DNA from: Gemmatimonadales bacterium | GTDB lineage: Bacteria > Gemmatimonadota > Gemmatimonadetes > Longimicrobiales > Gaopeijiaceae | Reading direction: 5' to 3' | NCBI GenBank assembly: GCA_050485885.1 | Contig: JBJHCG010000005.1 | Coordinates: 81,635-145,634, forward strand | Length of the DNA stretch: 64,000 nucleotides | Part shown: positions 44,850 through 54,110 of the stretch, piece by piece | Numbering within the stretch: the stretch's first letter is position 1 | How the letters are laid out: every line of letters begins with the position of its first letter | The notes under the pieces: model-generated | Database searches by the model: none | What the model was told of the DNA's origin: nothing | Seen by the model: the letters and a program-made list of their open reading frames with translations, nothing else | Program-made: the position numbers and the translations under genes

Positions 44850-47825
44850 ATGCTCCGAATCCCTTCCCCGTGGGGCCGCCCCCGCGGCGCCGCACCGGAC
44901 CGCTCCTCCCTCCCCCGCCCCGGGGTCATCCTCGGCGCCCTCCTCTTCGGCGCCGTCGGGCTCTTCGGTCTTGCGGCCTGCGGATCGGACGAAGCGACCG
45001 TCCGGGATGCATCTTCCCTCCCCGACCCGGCCGCCGCCACCACCGAACTCGAGCGGTGGGAAGCCCGAGCCGCCCGGGTCACCCTTGCCCGCGACGACTG
45101 GGGAATCCCGCACATCCACGGGGTGACCGATGCCGACGCCGTGTTCGGGATGATCTACGCCCAGGCCGAAGACGACTTCCCTCGCATCGAGCGGAATCTT
45201 CTCATTGCCCAGGGGCGATGGGCCGAGGCCGAAGGAGAAGGGGAGCTCTGGCGCGACCTCCGGCAGCGGATGTTCATCGACGAGCGCGCGATGGAGGCCC
45301 TTCGGGAGGAGGCCCCGGAGTGGCTCCAGGCCCTTCTCGACGCCTGGGCCGACGGGCTCAACTATTACCTCCACACTCACCCCGAGGTGGCCCCGCGGGT
45401 CCTGGATCGCTTCGAGCCCTGGATGCCCCTCGCCTTCAGCGAAGGGAGCATCGGGGGGGACATCGAACGGGTGAACCTGGCCCGCCTCGCCGAGCTCTAC
45501 GCGGAGGGACCGGAGCCCGTGCGGGTCGCGTCTGCCCCCGAGAGGGGAGCGCGGATCCTGGCCTCCCTCGTCACCCCCGATCCGGAGCTCGAGCCCCGGG
45601 GGTCGAACGGGATCGCCATTGCGCCCCGCCTCACCGAGAACGGAAACGCCCTCTTCCTCATCAACCCCCACACCTCCTTCTACTTCCGCCACGAGGCCCA
45701 CGTGCGGAGCGACGAGGGGCTTCACGCGTATGGAGCGAGCACCTGGGGGCAGTTCTTCATCTACCAGGGCTTCAACGAGACCGCCGGGTGGATGCACACC
45801 TCCAGCCGGGCCGACAACATCGACGAGTTCCTGGAGGAGGTGGTGGAGCGTGACGGTACCCTCTACTACCGGTTCGGCGAGGAGGAGCGCCCCCTGGAGC
45901 GGCGCGAGGTGACCGTGCGCTACCGGGTGGCGCAGGATTCCCCTGAAGCCGCCCGCTCCGCCGGGCACGACCCCGCCGGGCCTCCCACCACCGGGCCGTC
46001 CGCGACCGAACCCGGCTTCGCCGAGCGCACCTTCGTCGTCTACCGCACGCATCGGGGGCCCGTGGTCCGGGCGACGGATGGCCGGTGGGTGAGTGTGGCC
46101 ATGATGGAGGAACCCCTGAACGCCCTCATCCAGTCGTACCAGCGCATGAAGGCCCCGAACCTCGAGGCGTACCTCGAAACCATGCGCCTCCACACGAACT
46201 CCTCGAACAACACCCTCTTCGCCGATGCCGACGGGAATGTGGCGTACCTTCACGCCAACTTCATCCCCGTGCGGGACCCCCGGTTCGACTACGACGAACC
46301 CGTGGATGGCGCGGACCCTGCCACCGACTGGCAGGGTGTGCACACCCTGGAGGAGAGTCCGAACGCCATCAACCCGGCCACCGGGTGGGCCATGTGCACG
46401 AACAACTGGCCCTGGTCCGCCGCCGGGGAGGCGAGCCCCCTCCAGCAGGACTTCGCCCCCTACTTCGACCGGGGGATCGAGAACGCCCGGGGGATGAACG
46501 CGCTACGGGAGCTGGAGGGGGTGTCGGGGTGGACGCTGGAGCGCCTCCACGCCGCCGCCTACACCACGCACCTTCCGGCCTTCGCCGCCATGGTCCCGCC
46601 CCTCGTGGAAGGGTGGGATGCACTCGATCCGGGGGATCCCCTCCGGGAGGCCACGGCCGAGGCCGTGTCCCTCCTTCGCGAGTGGGACTTCACCTGGGAT
46701 GTGGAGTCGGTGCCCACCGCAGTCGCGGTGTTCTGGGGAACGGAACTGCTCCGGGGGCTGGCGGGCCGGGCCCAGGCCGCTGGAATGGATGCCACTCTCT
46801 ACGCCGCCGAGGGGACCACGCCCGAAGGACGGCTCCGGGCCCTGGTCACCGCCCTCGATCGACTGGAAGCGGACTTCGGCGACTGGCGCACCCCCTGGGG
46901 CGAGATCAACCGGTTCCAGCGCCTCACCGGTCGGGTCCAGGGGCGCTTCGAGGACGATGCGCCCTCCCTTCCGGTGGGCTTTACCTCGGCCCGGTGGGGA
47001 TCCCTGGCCTCCTACGGGGCCGGCCCGCAGTCGGGGACCGCACGGTGGTACGGCACGAGCGGGAACAGCTTCGTGGCCGTGGTGGAGTTCGGGGAGCGGG
47101 TTCGGGCCATGGCCATCACCGCCGGTGGGCTCAACCACGATCCAGCCTCCCCCCACTTCAACGACCAGGCGGAGCTGTATGCATCCGGCGGGCTCCGCCC
47201 TGTCCACTTCCACCCGGACGAGGTGGCCGCCGCCACCGTCCGGAGCTACCGGCCGGGGGAACGGGCCGGGGCGACCACGGCGCTCCGGGTCTCCCCGGAG
47301 GCGATCCGCGATGCCGAGTCCTCGGTGCTCCTCCGCATCGACGCGCTGGAAGGATCCATCGAGGTGGAGCCCGGCACCTCGTTCGGGGCGGCAGAGCGCT
47401 TCACCGGCGCCAGCCTTGCTCCCCATGGCCGGGCCCTCGCCCTGAGCGCAACCGGGGCGGCGCATGGGGGGGGATGGGTCGTGGAGATCCCCGACGATGC
47501 CGAGCCGGTTCCTTCGCCCGCGGCCTTCCAGTATGGCGGGGAGGTGGAGCTCGGCCCCTGGAGCGAGGAGGGCCGCTACGTGGTCTTCGTCCTGCGAGGC
47601 CCGGCAGGGGACCAGACCCTGCGGGTGGTCTCTCTCGCGGCCCTGGGAAGCACGGTGGAGGAGGCCGGGAGGATGGTGCGCCTGCCCGACCACGACGACC
47701 TCCCCCCTGAATCCCGCATCTACGAGGTGGAGGGGTGGAGAAACGGCCTCCTCGGCTTCGCCGTGGAAGGGGCACGCTGGCACTTCGATCCGGAGTCCGG
47801 AGAGGTGGTACCGGACGCAGGGTAG
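44850..47825 (+). CDS. penicillin acylase-family (S45 Ntn hydrolase) lipoprotein with long C-terminal extension; possible acyl-homoserine-lactone / beta-lactam acylase
   Basis: The lipobox is GLFGLAACGSD. The beta-subunit nucleophile position is RGSNGIAIAP. Colinear S45 features such as NPHTSFYF are present. An extra C-terminal region of roughly 230 aa lies beyond the acylase core. The internal ATG at 44850 was chosen within the 1532-aa ORF-track frame. Confidence 0.8.
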   Translation: MLRIPSPWGRPRGAAPDRSSLPRPGVILGALLFGAVGLFGLAACGSDEATVRDASSLPDPAAATTELERWEARAARVTLARDDWGIPHIHGVTDADAVFGMIYAQAEDDFPRIERNLLIAQGRWAEAEGEGELWRDLRQRMFIDERAMEALREEAPEWLQALLDAWADGLNYYLHTHPEVAPRVLDRFEPWMPLAFSEGSIGGDIERVNLARLAELYAEGPEPVRVASAPERGARILASLVTPDPELEPRGSNGIAIAPRLTENGNALFLINPHTSFYFRHEAHVRSDEGLHAYGASTWGQFFIYQGFNETAGWMHTSSRADNIDEFLEEVVERDGTLYYRFGEEERPLERREVTVRYRVAQDSPEAARSAGHDPAGPPTTGPSATEPGFAERTFVVYRTHRGPVVRATDGRWVSVAMMEEPLNALIQSYQRMKAPNLEAYLETMRLHTNSSNNTLFADADGNVAYLHANFIPVRDPRFDYDEPVDGADPATDWQGVHTLEESPNAINPATGWAMCTNNWPWSAAGEASPLQQDFAPYFDRGIENARGMNALRELEGVSGWTLERLHAAAYTTHLPAFAAMVPPLVEGWDALDPGDPLREATAEAVSLLREWDFTWDVESVPTAVAVFWGTELLRGLAGRAQAAGMDATLYAAEGTTPEGRLRALVTALDRLEADFGDWRTPWGEINRFQRLTGRVQGRFEDDAPSLPVGFTSARWGSLASYGAGPQSGTARWYGTSGNSFVAVVEFGERVRAMAITAGGLNHDPASPHFNDQAELYASGGLRPVHFHPDEVAAATVRSYRPGERAGATTALRVSPEAIRDAESSVLLRIDALEGSIEVEPGTSFGAAERFTGASLAPHGRALALSATGAAHGGGWVVEIPDDAEPVPSPAAFQYGGEVELGPWSEEGRYVVFVLRGPAGDQTLRVVSLAALGSTVEEAGRMVRLPDHDDLPPESRIYEVEGWRNGLLGFAVEGARWHFDPESGEVVPDAG

Positions 47826-47873
47826 GAGAGGCGCACCGGGACGGGCTGGAACCGGGCAGGTCCATCGTGCGCG

Positions 47874-49220
47874 TCAGAAGGAGATCCGCGTGCGGATCAC
47901 CACCGGGTGCCCCTCCTCCCCCTCCGATACGAAGAGTCCCACCTCCCCGCGAATCCGGGGGGGGATGCCGGCGGCCACGGGGGAGAACCCGGGCTCGACC
48001 GAGGCCAGGAGCGCCCCGTCGCGGTCGAAGACGTCCCAGCGAGGGGGAACGCCCTCGCCGTACCGGGCGCGCTGCACCCAGAGGCGCCCCTCTCCATCGA
48101 GAAAGAGGCCCTGGAGGGCGGGCTTCCGGTCCGGAATGGCCCGGGAGAGTTCCCGGGCGGTGGCCTCGTCCAGCCCGAGGCCCTCGACCCTCGCTTCCAG
48201 GGCCGAAGCCCGGTCCTCGGCCGTGACGGGGGCCCGGGGCATGTCGGCCTCGAGGATCATGACCGTGTCCCCCGCCGGATCGAGGTGCACGATCCGCCAC
48301 ACACCCCCTCCCGCCACTGACCAGAATCCGCCCCGGGGGTCCACCACCGTGGGCTGGACCGGGTCGAAGGGGACCCCGAACATGGAGAACCCTCCCCCAC
48401 CCGATGCGATCACGAAGCTCCGGTTGGATCGCTCGCCGAGCTCGATGGAGTCCCGGGCCTCCGTTTCGGGATGCACGGCATGGAACCAGAGCGTGGACCG
48501 GGACTCGTTCAGCCCGATCTCGGGCATGGTGGACGGGCCGCCTCCCACGGAGACCCCCCGGGAGCCCCAGAAGCGTCCTGCGTGGTCCCGCTCCTCGGCC
48601 CAGACGAATCCCCAGCCGGGCACGGGAAAGGGTGCGCGGAGCACCTCGGTCCCATTGGGCTCGAGCCCCAGGATCCGCATCTTGCCATGGTCGTTCACCC
48701 AGAGGAGCCCCCCGTGCTCCTTGAAGATCCCGTTGCCCTGGCTGATCTCCCCAGGCCCCTCTCCCGGGCCCCCCAGCGTCCGGAGGTAGGCCCCTTCGGC
48801 ATCGAAGACCCGTATGGCCCGGGCCTGGAAGTCGAGCACGTAGAGGGAACCATCGGACCCCACCTCCACCCCCCGGACCTGCCCGAACATCTCCCAGGGC
48901 TCGCCGTCAAGGACGCCGAGAACGAGGTCGGTCTCGAGGCGGTGGGTGGGATCTTCCGGGAGGGCCCCATGCCGCACCAGGACCCCACCCCCCGGGAGCT
49001 CCTCCCGGGTCACGTCCGATCCGGCGGAGGACGCCCCCTCTCCGCACCCGAGGAGGGTCAGGAGGAGAAGACCGGGGAGGAGGCCGAGGACGGGAGCCGA
49101 TGCCCGGGTCCTGGCGGGCGCCGAGGGGCGCGCTCCGGCAGAGAGGGGCGCCTCGGCAGGGGGAACGGGAGCACACCACACATGTAGGAACATGTAGAGA
49201 CAGGTCGGAAGGGGGCTCAT
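47874..49220 (-). CDS. beta-propeller (NHL/TolB-like six-bladed) lipoprotein
   Basis: The lipobox is LLTLLGCGEG. Repeated blades carry GSDGSLYVLD-type signatures. The start is uncertain: ATG 49220 or 49193. Confidence 0.6.
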   Translation of the reverse strand: MSPLPTCLYMFLHVWCAPVPPAEAPLSAGARPSAPARTRASAPVLGLLPGLLLLTLLGCGEGASSAGSDVTREELPGGGVLVRHGALPEDPTHRLETDLVLGVLDGEPWEMFGQVRGVEVGSDGSLYVLDFQARAIRVFDAEGAYLRTLGGPGEGPGEISQGNGIFKEHGGLLWVNDHGKMRILGLEPNGTEVLRAPFPVPGWGFVWAEERDHAGRFWGSRGVSVGGGPSTMPEIGLNESRSTLWFHAVHPETEARDSIELGERSNRSFVIASGGGGFSMFGVPFDPVQPTVVDPRGGFWSVAGGGVWRIVHLDPAGDTVMILEADMPRAPVTAEDRASALEARVEGLGLDEATARELSRAIPDRKPALQGLFLDGEGRLWVQRARYGEGVPPRWDVFDRDGALLASVEPGFSPVAAGIPPRIRGEVGLFVSEGEEGHPVVIRTRISF

Positions 49221-49560
49221 GGCAGACCAACCAAACGCATCGTAGCGAGCCCTCTCCCGGCCGGCAAGCACTTCGTGCCCGATGCCCCGCCGGAACGGAT
49301 GCCCGCCCCGGGGTCCCGGGGCGGCAGTCCCTTTGCGTGGCCCCAGGCTCCGGGAATCAAGGCCCACCCACGGGGGGGCACTCCGCCCGTGGCCTCGAGG
49401 CAGAAGACCCTGCGCGTCGCCCCAGGCTCCGGGCGTCAACGGCCGCCCACGGGGGGGCGCTCCGCCCGGGGCCCCGGGGCAGCAGACCCCGCGCGTCGCC
49501 CCAGGCTCCGGGCATCGAGGCCCGCCCCCTGGGGGCGCTCCGCCCGAGCCCCCGACGCGA

Positions 49561-51006
49561 TCATCGGGGAGGGAGGCCGTCTCCTCCTTCGCCCTCCCCC
49601 GCGCCGGCCCTCCCGTCCCCGCTCGCGCCACCCCCGCTCGCGCCGTCGTCGTACCGGGTGACGAGGGCCTCCTCCACCGCGGCCCGGAAACCCTCGCGGA
49701 AGCCCCCGCCCCCGGCCGGGGAGATCTGGGCCATCACCACGATGACGAGGCGCTCCACCGGGTCGATCCAGATCCGGGTGCCGGCCGAGCCATCCCACCA
49801 GAACTCCCCCTGGCGCACAGGATGGCTGTAGCGGCTCGGGTCGAGGGCCACCGCGAAGCCCCCCAGGCTCCACCCCGATCCGGCCCAGAAGCCGCCGGCG
49901 CCCAGGGGGAGGAGGGCCTCGGGTACGGCGTTCTCCCGGGCCATCCGCACCGTTTCTGGGCCAAGGAGTCGCCGGGCGGTGGCCGGGCCCGCCTCCGCAT
50001 CCGCCACCCACCCCTCGTCGAGGAAGAACTGGCCGAAGCGGAGGAAGTCCTCGGTGGAGGCCACGAGGCCGACCCCGGCGCTCACGAGACAGCGGTGGTC
50101 GGTCACGTCGAGGGGTTCCATGGCATGGGGGCGAAGCCTTCCCTCGGCGTCGGCCCTGTGCACCGTGGCGAGGCGGGCCATCCGGTCGCCCTCGACCCGG
50201 AACCCCGCATCGCGCATGCCCAGGGGAGCGAAGATCCGCTCCTGGAGGAAGATGTCGAGGGGCTGGCCCGAGGCCACCTCCAGGACCCGGCCCAGGACCT
50301 CGGCGTGCATCCCGTAGCGGTACCGGGTGCCGGGATCCTCGAAGAGCGGGAGCGCGGCCACCCCGTCGACCACCTCCTCCAGGGTATGGTCCCAGCGATG
50401 CACCTCGTGCTCCCGGTAGCGGGGGGAGGACCGGCTCCCGATCCCCGAGGTGTGGGTGAGGAGGTGGGCGAGGGTGATCTCGCCCTGGCGCGGCCGGGTG
50501 GGGGATTCGCCTGCGGAGTCCCGCCCCCCCGGGGGAGGTGCCCCCGGGGCCGCGACGGGGGCCGTGTCACCCGCTGGACCGGGTGCATTCCCCACCACCT
50601 CCTGCCCCTGGAAGGCCGGAAGCCATCGTGCGAGGGGATCGTCCAGGTGGAGGCGCCCTTCCTCGTGCAGAAGAAGGATGCCGAGGGAGGTGACGGGACG
50701 GGTCATGGAGTAGACGCGGAAGAGGGCGTCTGCGGACATGGGGTCGCCGGACTCCACGTCGCGCACCCCCAGCGCCACCTGGTAGACGAGGTGGCCGTCG
50801 CGGAGGACCGCCGCCACGACGCCGGCCAGATCCCCGGCCGCCAGGTGGGCCTCGAGGCGGGCGGTGGCCCGATCCAGCGCAGCCGACGACATCCCCATGG
50901 CCTCGGGGGTGGCCCGGGGGAGGGAGTCGGGGGCGAGAGGTGCGGGGAGCGGGGCCAGGAGCCCGGCCCCAACGAGGGCGAGGGAGGCGAGGGAGAGAGG
51001 GATCAT
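49561..51006 (-). CDS. beta-lactamase/PBP-fold protein with substituted catalytic motifs (S-M-T-R, Y-G-M); probable pseudo-enzyme or atypical hydrolase
   Basis: A signal peptide (LSLASLALVGAGLLAPLPA) and the PF00144 fold pattern (LFRVYSMTRPVTSLGILLL...HLLTHTSG...) are present. The SxxK Lys is replaced by Arg; I read this directly as codon cgt on the minus strand at about 50695. In the YxN motif, Asn is replaced by Met. Confidence 0.75.
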   Translation of the reverse strand: MIPLSLASLALVGAGLLAPLPAPLAPDSLPRATPEAMGMSSAALDRATARLEAHLAAGDLAGVVAAVLRDGHLVYQVALGVRDVESGDPMSADALFRVYSMTRPVTSLGILLLHEEGRLHLDDPLARWLPAFQGQEVVGNAPGPAGDTAPVAAPGAPPPGGRDSAGESPTRPRQGEITLAHLLTHTSGIGSRSSPRYREHEVHRWDHTLEEVVDGVAALPLFEDPGTRYRYGMHAEVLGRVLEVASGQPLDIFLQERIFAPLGMRDAGFRVEGDRMARLATVHRADAEGRLRPHAMEPLDVTDHRCLVSAGVGLVASTEDFLRFGQFFLDEGWVADAEAGPATARRLLGPETVRMARENAVPEALLPLGAGGFWAGSGWSLGGFAVALDPSRYSHPVRQGEFWWDGSAGTRIWIDPVERLVIVVMAQISPAGGGGFREGFRAAVEEALVTRYDDGASGGGASGDGRAGAGEGEGGDGLPPR

Positions 51007-51159
51007 GGCTCGCTTCGGACCTCCACTCGGGGCTCGATGGCCCGAGAGTTCGCGGGACGGATCGTGGTTCGCCGGCGTCCGGAGCGTTCCAGGGCCGGCG
51101 CCCTGCGGACAGGTGGCTGGAAGCATTGGCCCATGGTGACTCCAATTCGGGGGATGCGG

Positions 51160-51495
51160 GGTAGGCGGTGCGCGTGCCCGCGGGAGGGGGAACGCCGGCT
51201 GCCCACCGAACCAGCGGGTCAGACGCGTGGTCGCGGTGCGTGCCTGCGGGAGGGGGGACTGCTGGCCGTGCCCTTCGAGGCGGGAACTACGAAGAAGCCC
51301 GGATCAGCGGGAAACCCCCTTGCTCCTCAAGGTGTGGTCGGATAGGAGGGGGTATCTTGCCGCACCCGGGCCGTCCCGTGCAAGGCGGGGGCGTGGTGGG
51401 AGCCGCAGCGCCGCAGCGCGCGGGTCGGGACCCCGAGGCATCGTGCCTTGCAGCGCCACACCGGGTGCCCTGCAGCGCCACACCGATCTGCCAGG
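51160..51495. repeat. intergenic direct repeats: ggtgcg(c/t)gcc(c/t)gcgggaggggg twice (~51166 and ~51236) and tandem (c/t)tgcagcgccacaccg twice (~51450..51490)
   Basis: Seen directly in the 533-bp divergent intergenic region between the atypical beta-lactamase-fold gene and a hypothetical gene. Confidence 0.55.
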
Positions 51496-51539
51496 TGGCG
51501 GCGTTCGTACCTGGGTTCCCCCCTTCCTGGAGGTCTTCC

Positions 51540-52142
51540 ATGCTCAACCCCCGTCTGCACGCCGCCCCTCGGACCTCGTGCCGGAGCTGGGGGGGGGTCG
51601 TGGCCATGGCCCTGCTCGTTGCGGGGACCGGAGTCGCGCAGCCGGCCCACGCCCAGGTGCGGGCCCCGGCGCCGTACGCCCAGATCGACCTGGAGGTGCT
51701 CCAGTCCGCGCTCGCACCGCCGACCTTCGACCCGGACCTCCTGGGAACCCCGTCTTCCCTTCACCCCAGGATCTCGCAGACGCTCTGGGGCGCGGGAAGC
51801 TACATGGGCGGCCTCCTCGTGACCCTTCTCATCGTGGGCCCCCTGCGCGCGAGCTGCCTCCTGAGCGATGGGCCGGGCACCGACTGGTGCACCGACGTGA
51901 TCCTGGTCTCCGCCGTGGGGGCCGGGCTGGCCGCCTCCCTGACCGTGGGTTCGTTGCGGCAGGAGGCGCCGCATGATTTCGGCGGGAACGCCGGGCTGAT
52001 TCTCGGGACGGTGGGAGGCTTTGCCCTCGCCCATGCCCTTGGCGCCACCCGCGACGGGAATCGGGTCGTGTCCGTTGCCCTTCCCCTCCAGGTGGGCGGG
52101 GCGCTCCTCGGCGAGTGGGTGTGGGAGGCGAGGAGGCGGTGA
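51540..52142 (+). CDS. hypothetical secreted/membrane protein
   Basis: A GGAGG lies 6 nt upstream of the ATG. A signal-like segment (VVAMALLVAGTGVAQPAHAQ) and additional hydrophobic helices are present. Confidence 0.5.
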   Translation: MLNPRLHAAPRTSCRSWGGVVAMALLVAGTGVAQPAHAQVRAPAPYAQIDLEVLQSALAPPTFDPDLLGTPSSLHPRISQTLWGAGSYMGGLLVTLLIVGPLRASCLLSDGPGTDWCTDVILVSAVGAGLAASLTVGSLRQEAPHDFGGNAGLILGTVGGFALAHALGATRDGNRVVSVALPLQVGGALLGEWVWEARRR

Positions 52143-52392
52143 GGCCTCCGGTGTGACGGCGCCTCGAGGGGTACGGAGAAGTCCGCGCCGGTTTGCGCTC
52201 CCGTCTCCTCCCCGTTACGACATCGTGATCGTGTTCCGCCCCCTTCAGCCCTCCCGCCCCGCCCCAGGTGGGGACGTGACCCGTTGAAGCGTAGGGGAGG
52301 GAGGGGGAAACCGGAGTCGTGGCATGGCGTCGAGCGACCCTCATCCTTCCCCGAGCAGGACCCGCAAGCCTCCGCGTGGCGGGCAACTCCTC

Positions 52393-52944
52393 ATGGAGCG
52401 AATCCATGGAGGAGATCGGGCGGCCATGAACGAACTCACGGCCTCCATGTGGGAACGACTCGTGGCATTCGCCACCGACATCACGGGCCGCCGGGCCGCG
52501 GCCGAGGATGTGGTGCAGGACGTACTCCTCCGATTCTGGCAGGAACGATCGCGCTGGACACCCTCGGAGCAGCTCTATGGGTTTCTCTATCGTTCCGTGC
52601 GGAACGCGGCCCTCAACCGGAGGCGAGACCGGATGAACCAGGGGCGCCTGCTCGCCCGGTTCGCAGGTTGGCAGCGCACGCCCGCGCAGCCCGACGAGGT
52701 CCTTCGAGGGCTGCGTCTCGCCGATGAAGTGGAAGAGGCCGTTCGCGCTCTCCCCTCGCGCCGCCGTGAGGTCTTCCTGCTCTCTCGCTACCACGGGCTC
52801 TCCTACAGGGAGATCGCCGAGGCGCTCGAGATCTCTCCGCAGACGGTGGCAAACCAGTTGAGCGCAGCCCTCGACCAGCTTCGGTCGTCCCTCGCACCCC
52901 GTCCCTCGCCCCGGACGAACCGAGGGCCCCCTCCCTCGCGCTGA
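52393..52944 (+). CDS. ECF (extracytoplasmic function) RNA polymerase sigma-70 factor
   Basis: Region 2 (AEDVVQDVLLRFWQ) and region 4 (LSYREIAEALEISPQTVANQL) are present. The internal ATG at 52393 gives a typical length of about 183 aa. The ORF-track start 52324 would add a Pro/Arg-rich extension. Confidence 0.8.
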   Translation: MERIHGGDRAAMNELTASMWERLVAFATDITGRRAAAEDVVQDVLLRFWQERSRWTPSEQLYGFLYRSVRNAALNRRRDRMNQGRLLARFAGWQRTPAQPDEVLRGLRLADEVEEAVRALPSRRREVFLLSRYHGLSYREIAEALEISPQTVANQLSAALDQLRSSLAPRPSPRTNRGPPPSR

Positions 52945-53055
52945 ACACGATGGTAGAAGTCCGCCCATGGCGGGTTGAACGAGCAGATGGCCCCATCCGA
53001 ACCCCCTCCACCGGGAGGGGAAGCCCGGATCCGGGGCCCGACCTCGACCCTGGAC

Positions 53056-54045
53056 ATGGCACGCGTGGACGAACTCATCGTGGGGCATCTGCAGGGGAGA
53101 ACGACACCGGAGCAGGACGCCGAACTGGCCCGGTGGCGCGCCTCCTCGCCGGAACACGAAGCCCGTTTCCGAGACCTGGAGGCACTCTGGGTCCGCGTGG
53201 CAAGCCCCGTGGGGTTCCCGACCGGAGACGGGCCGCCCACCCTTGCGGAGATGGAGGCGCGGAGGGTTTTCCGGGCTGGTACACCGGGGCGCCGCCCCCC
53301 CCTTCCCCCCTCATGGCGTGCCCTGGGGAGGGCCGCAGCGGTCCTTGCCGCCATGGGAGCGGGATATGCCGGCGGGGTCTGGTCGGGGGGTGCATTTTCG
53401 GATGTTGCGGGCCCTGATCGGGCCGTCACCGAACTCCGGACCGGTCCTGGCGAGCTCGCCTCCGCCACCCTCCCCGACGGGACCACCCTTCGACTCGGCC
53501 CCGAGACCGTGATCCGCGCCACCGTCGATGGCCTGTCACGGAGCGTCCATGTGGAGGGACAGGCCTTTCTTGCCGTGGCCTCCGATTCAACGCGGCCTTT
53601 CCTCGTGCAGACCCTCGGAGGGGAAGCCCAGGTCCTGGGCACCCGCTTCCAGGTGGATGCCCGTGCCGGGGACCTGCGACTCGCCGTGGTGGAAGGCCGG
53701 GTGGCCGTGAAGGCCGCCGGGGAAGAGGTCCAGCTTCGGGCCGGGGAACAGAGCCTGAGTTCCTCCGCCGCGGGCCCGCGGGTCGAGGCGGCGCCGGAGC
53801 TGCAGGTGCTCCTCTCCTGGATGGGGAGTTTCGTGGCCTTCGAGTCGACCCCCCTGCGCGAGGTGGCCCGGGAACTCGGCGCTCGCCTCGGGATCCAGAT
53901 CCTCTTTTCGGATCCGGCGCTGGGTGTCCGGACCGTGACGGGTTGGTTCGACGACGACGAGCCCGCCGAGGTACTCGAACTCATCTGCCGCGCCGCCTCG
54001 GTCGCATGTCGCATGACCGGGGACACCCTCCGGATCGACCCATGA
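53056..54045 (+). CDS. FecR-family anti-sigma factor / transmembrane sensor
   Basis: The N-terminus MARVDELIVGHLQGRTTPEQDAELARW is the classic FecR start. A single TM helix (AAAVLAAMGAGYAGGVW) is followed by a periplasmic FecR domain and a C-terminal DUF4974-like region. Alternative starts are TTG 52975 and ATG 52987. Confidence 0.75.
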   Translation: MARVDELIVGHLQGRTTPEQDAELARWRASSPEHEARFRDLEALWVRVASPVGFPTGDGPPTLAEMEARRVFRAGTPGRRPPLPPSWRALGRAAAVLAAMGAGYAGGVWSGGAFSDVAGPDRAVTELRTGPGELASATLPDGTTLRLGPETVIRATVDGLSRSVHVEGQAFLAVASDSTRPFLVQTLGGEAQVLGTRFQVDARAGDLRLAVVEGRVAVKAAGEEVQLRAGEQSLSSSAAGPRVEAAPELQVLLSWMGSFVAFESTPLREVARELGARLGIQILFSDPALGVRTVTGWFDDDEPAEVLELICRAASVACRMTGDTLRIDP

Positions 54046-54110
54046 TTCCCTGCGCCCCCTCCCCTTCCCTACGACCACCGATCTTTTCCCTTCCCCCTTG
54101 CAGAGGTGCC

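Noticed and set aside
44544-46343. 599-aa minus-strand ORF antisense to penicillin-acylase
   Set aside because: It is antisense to a frame with the S45 SNG nucleophile motif, and its translation is Gly/Pro/Arg-rich.
49282-51345. 687-aa plus-strand ORF overlapping the propeller lipoprotein start and the atypical beta-lactamase gene
   Set aside because: It is low-complexity and antisense to a PF00144-fold protein with a signal peptide.
51829-53157. 442-aa minus ORF antisense to the ECF sigma gene and a hypothetical gene
   Set aside because: The ECF sigma regions 2 and 4 are clear on the plus strand. The antisense translation is Arg/Pro/Gly-rich.
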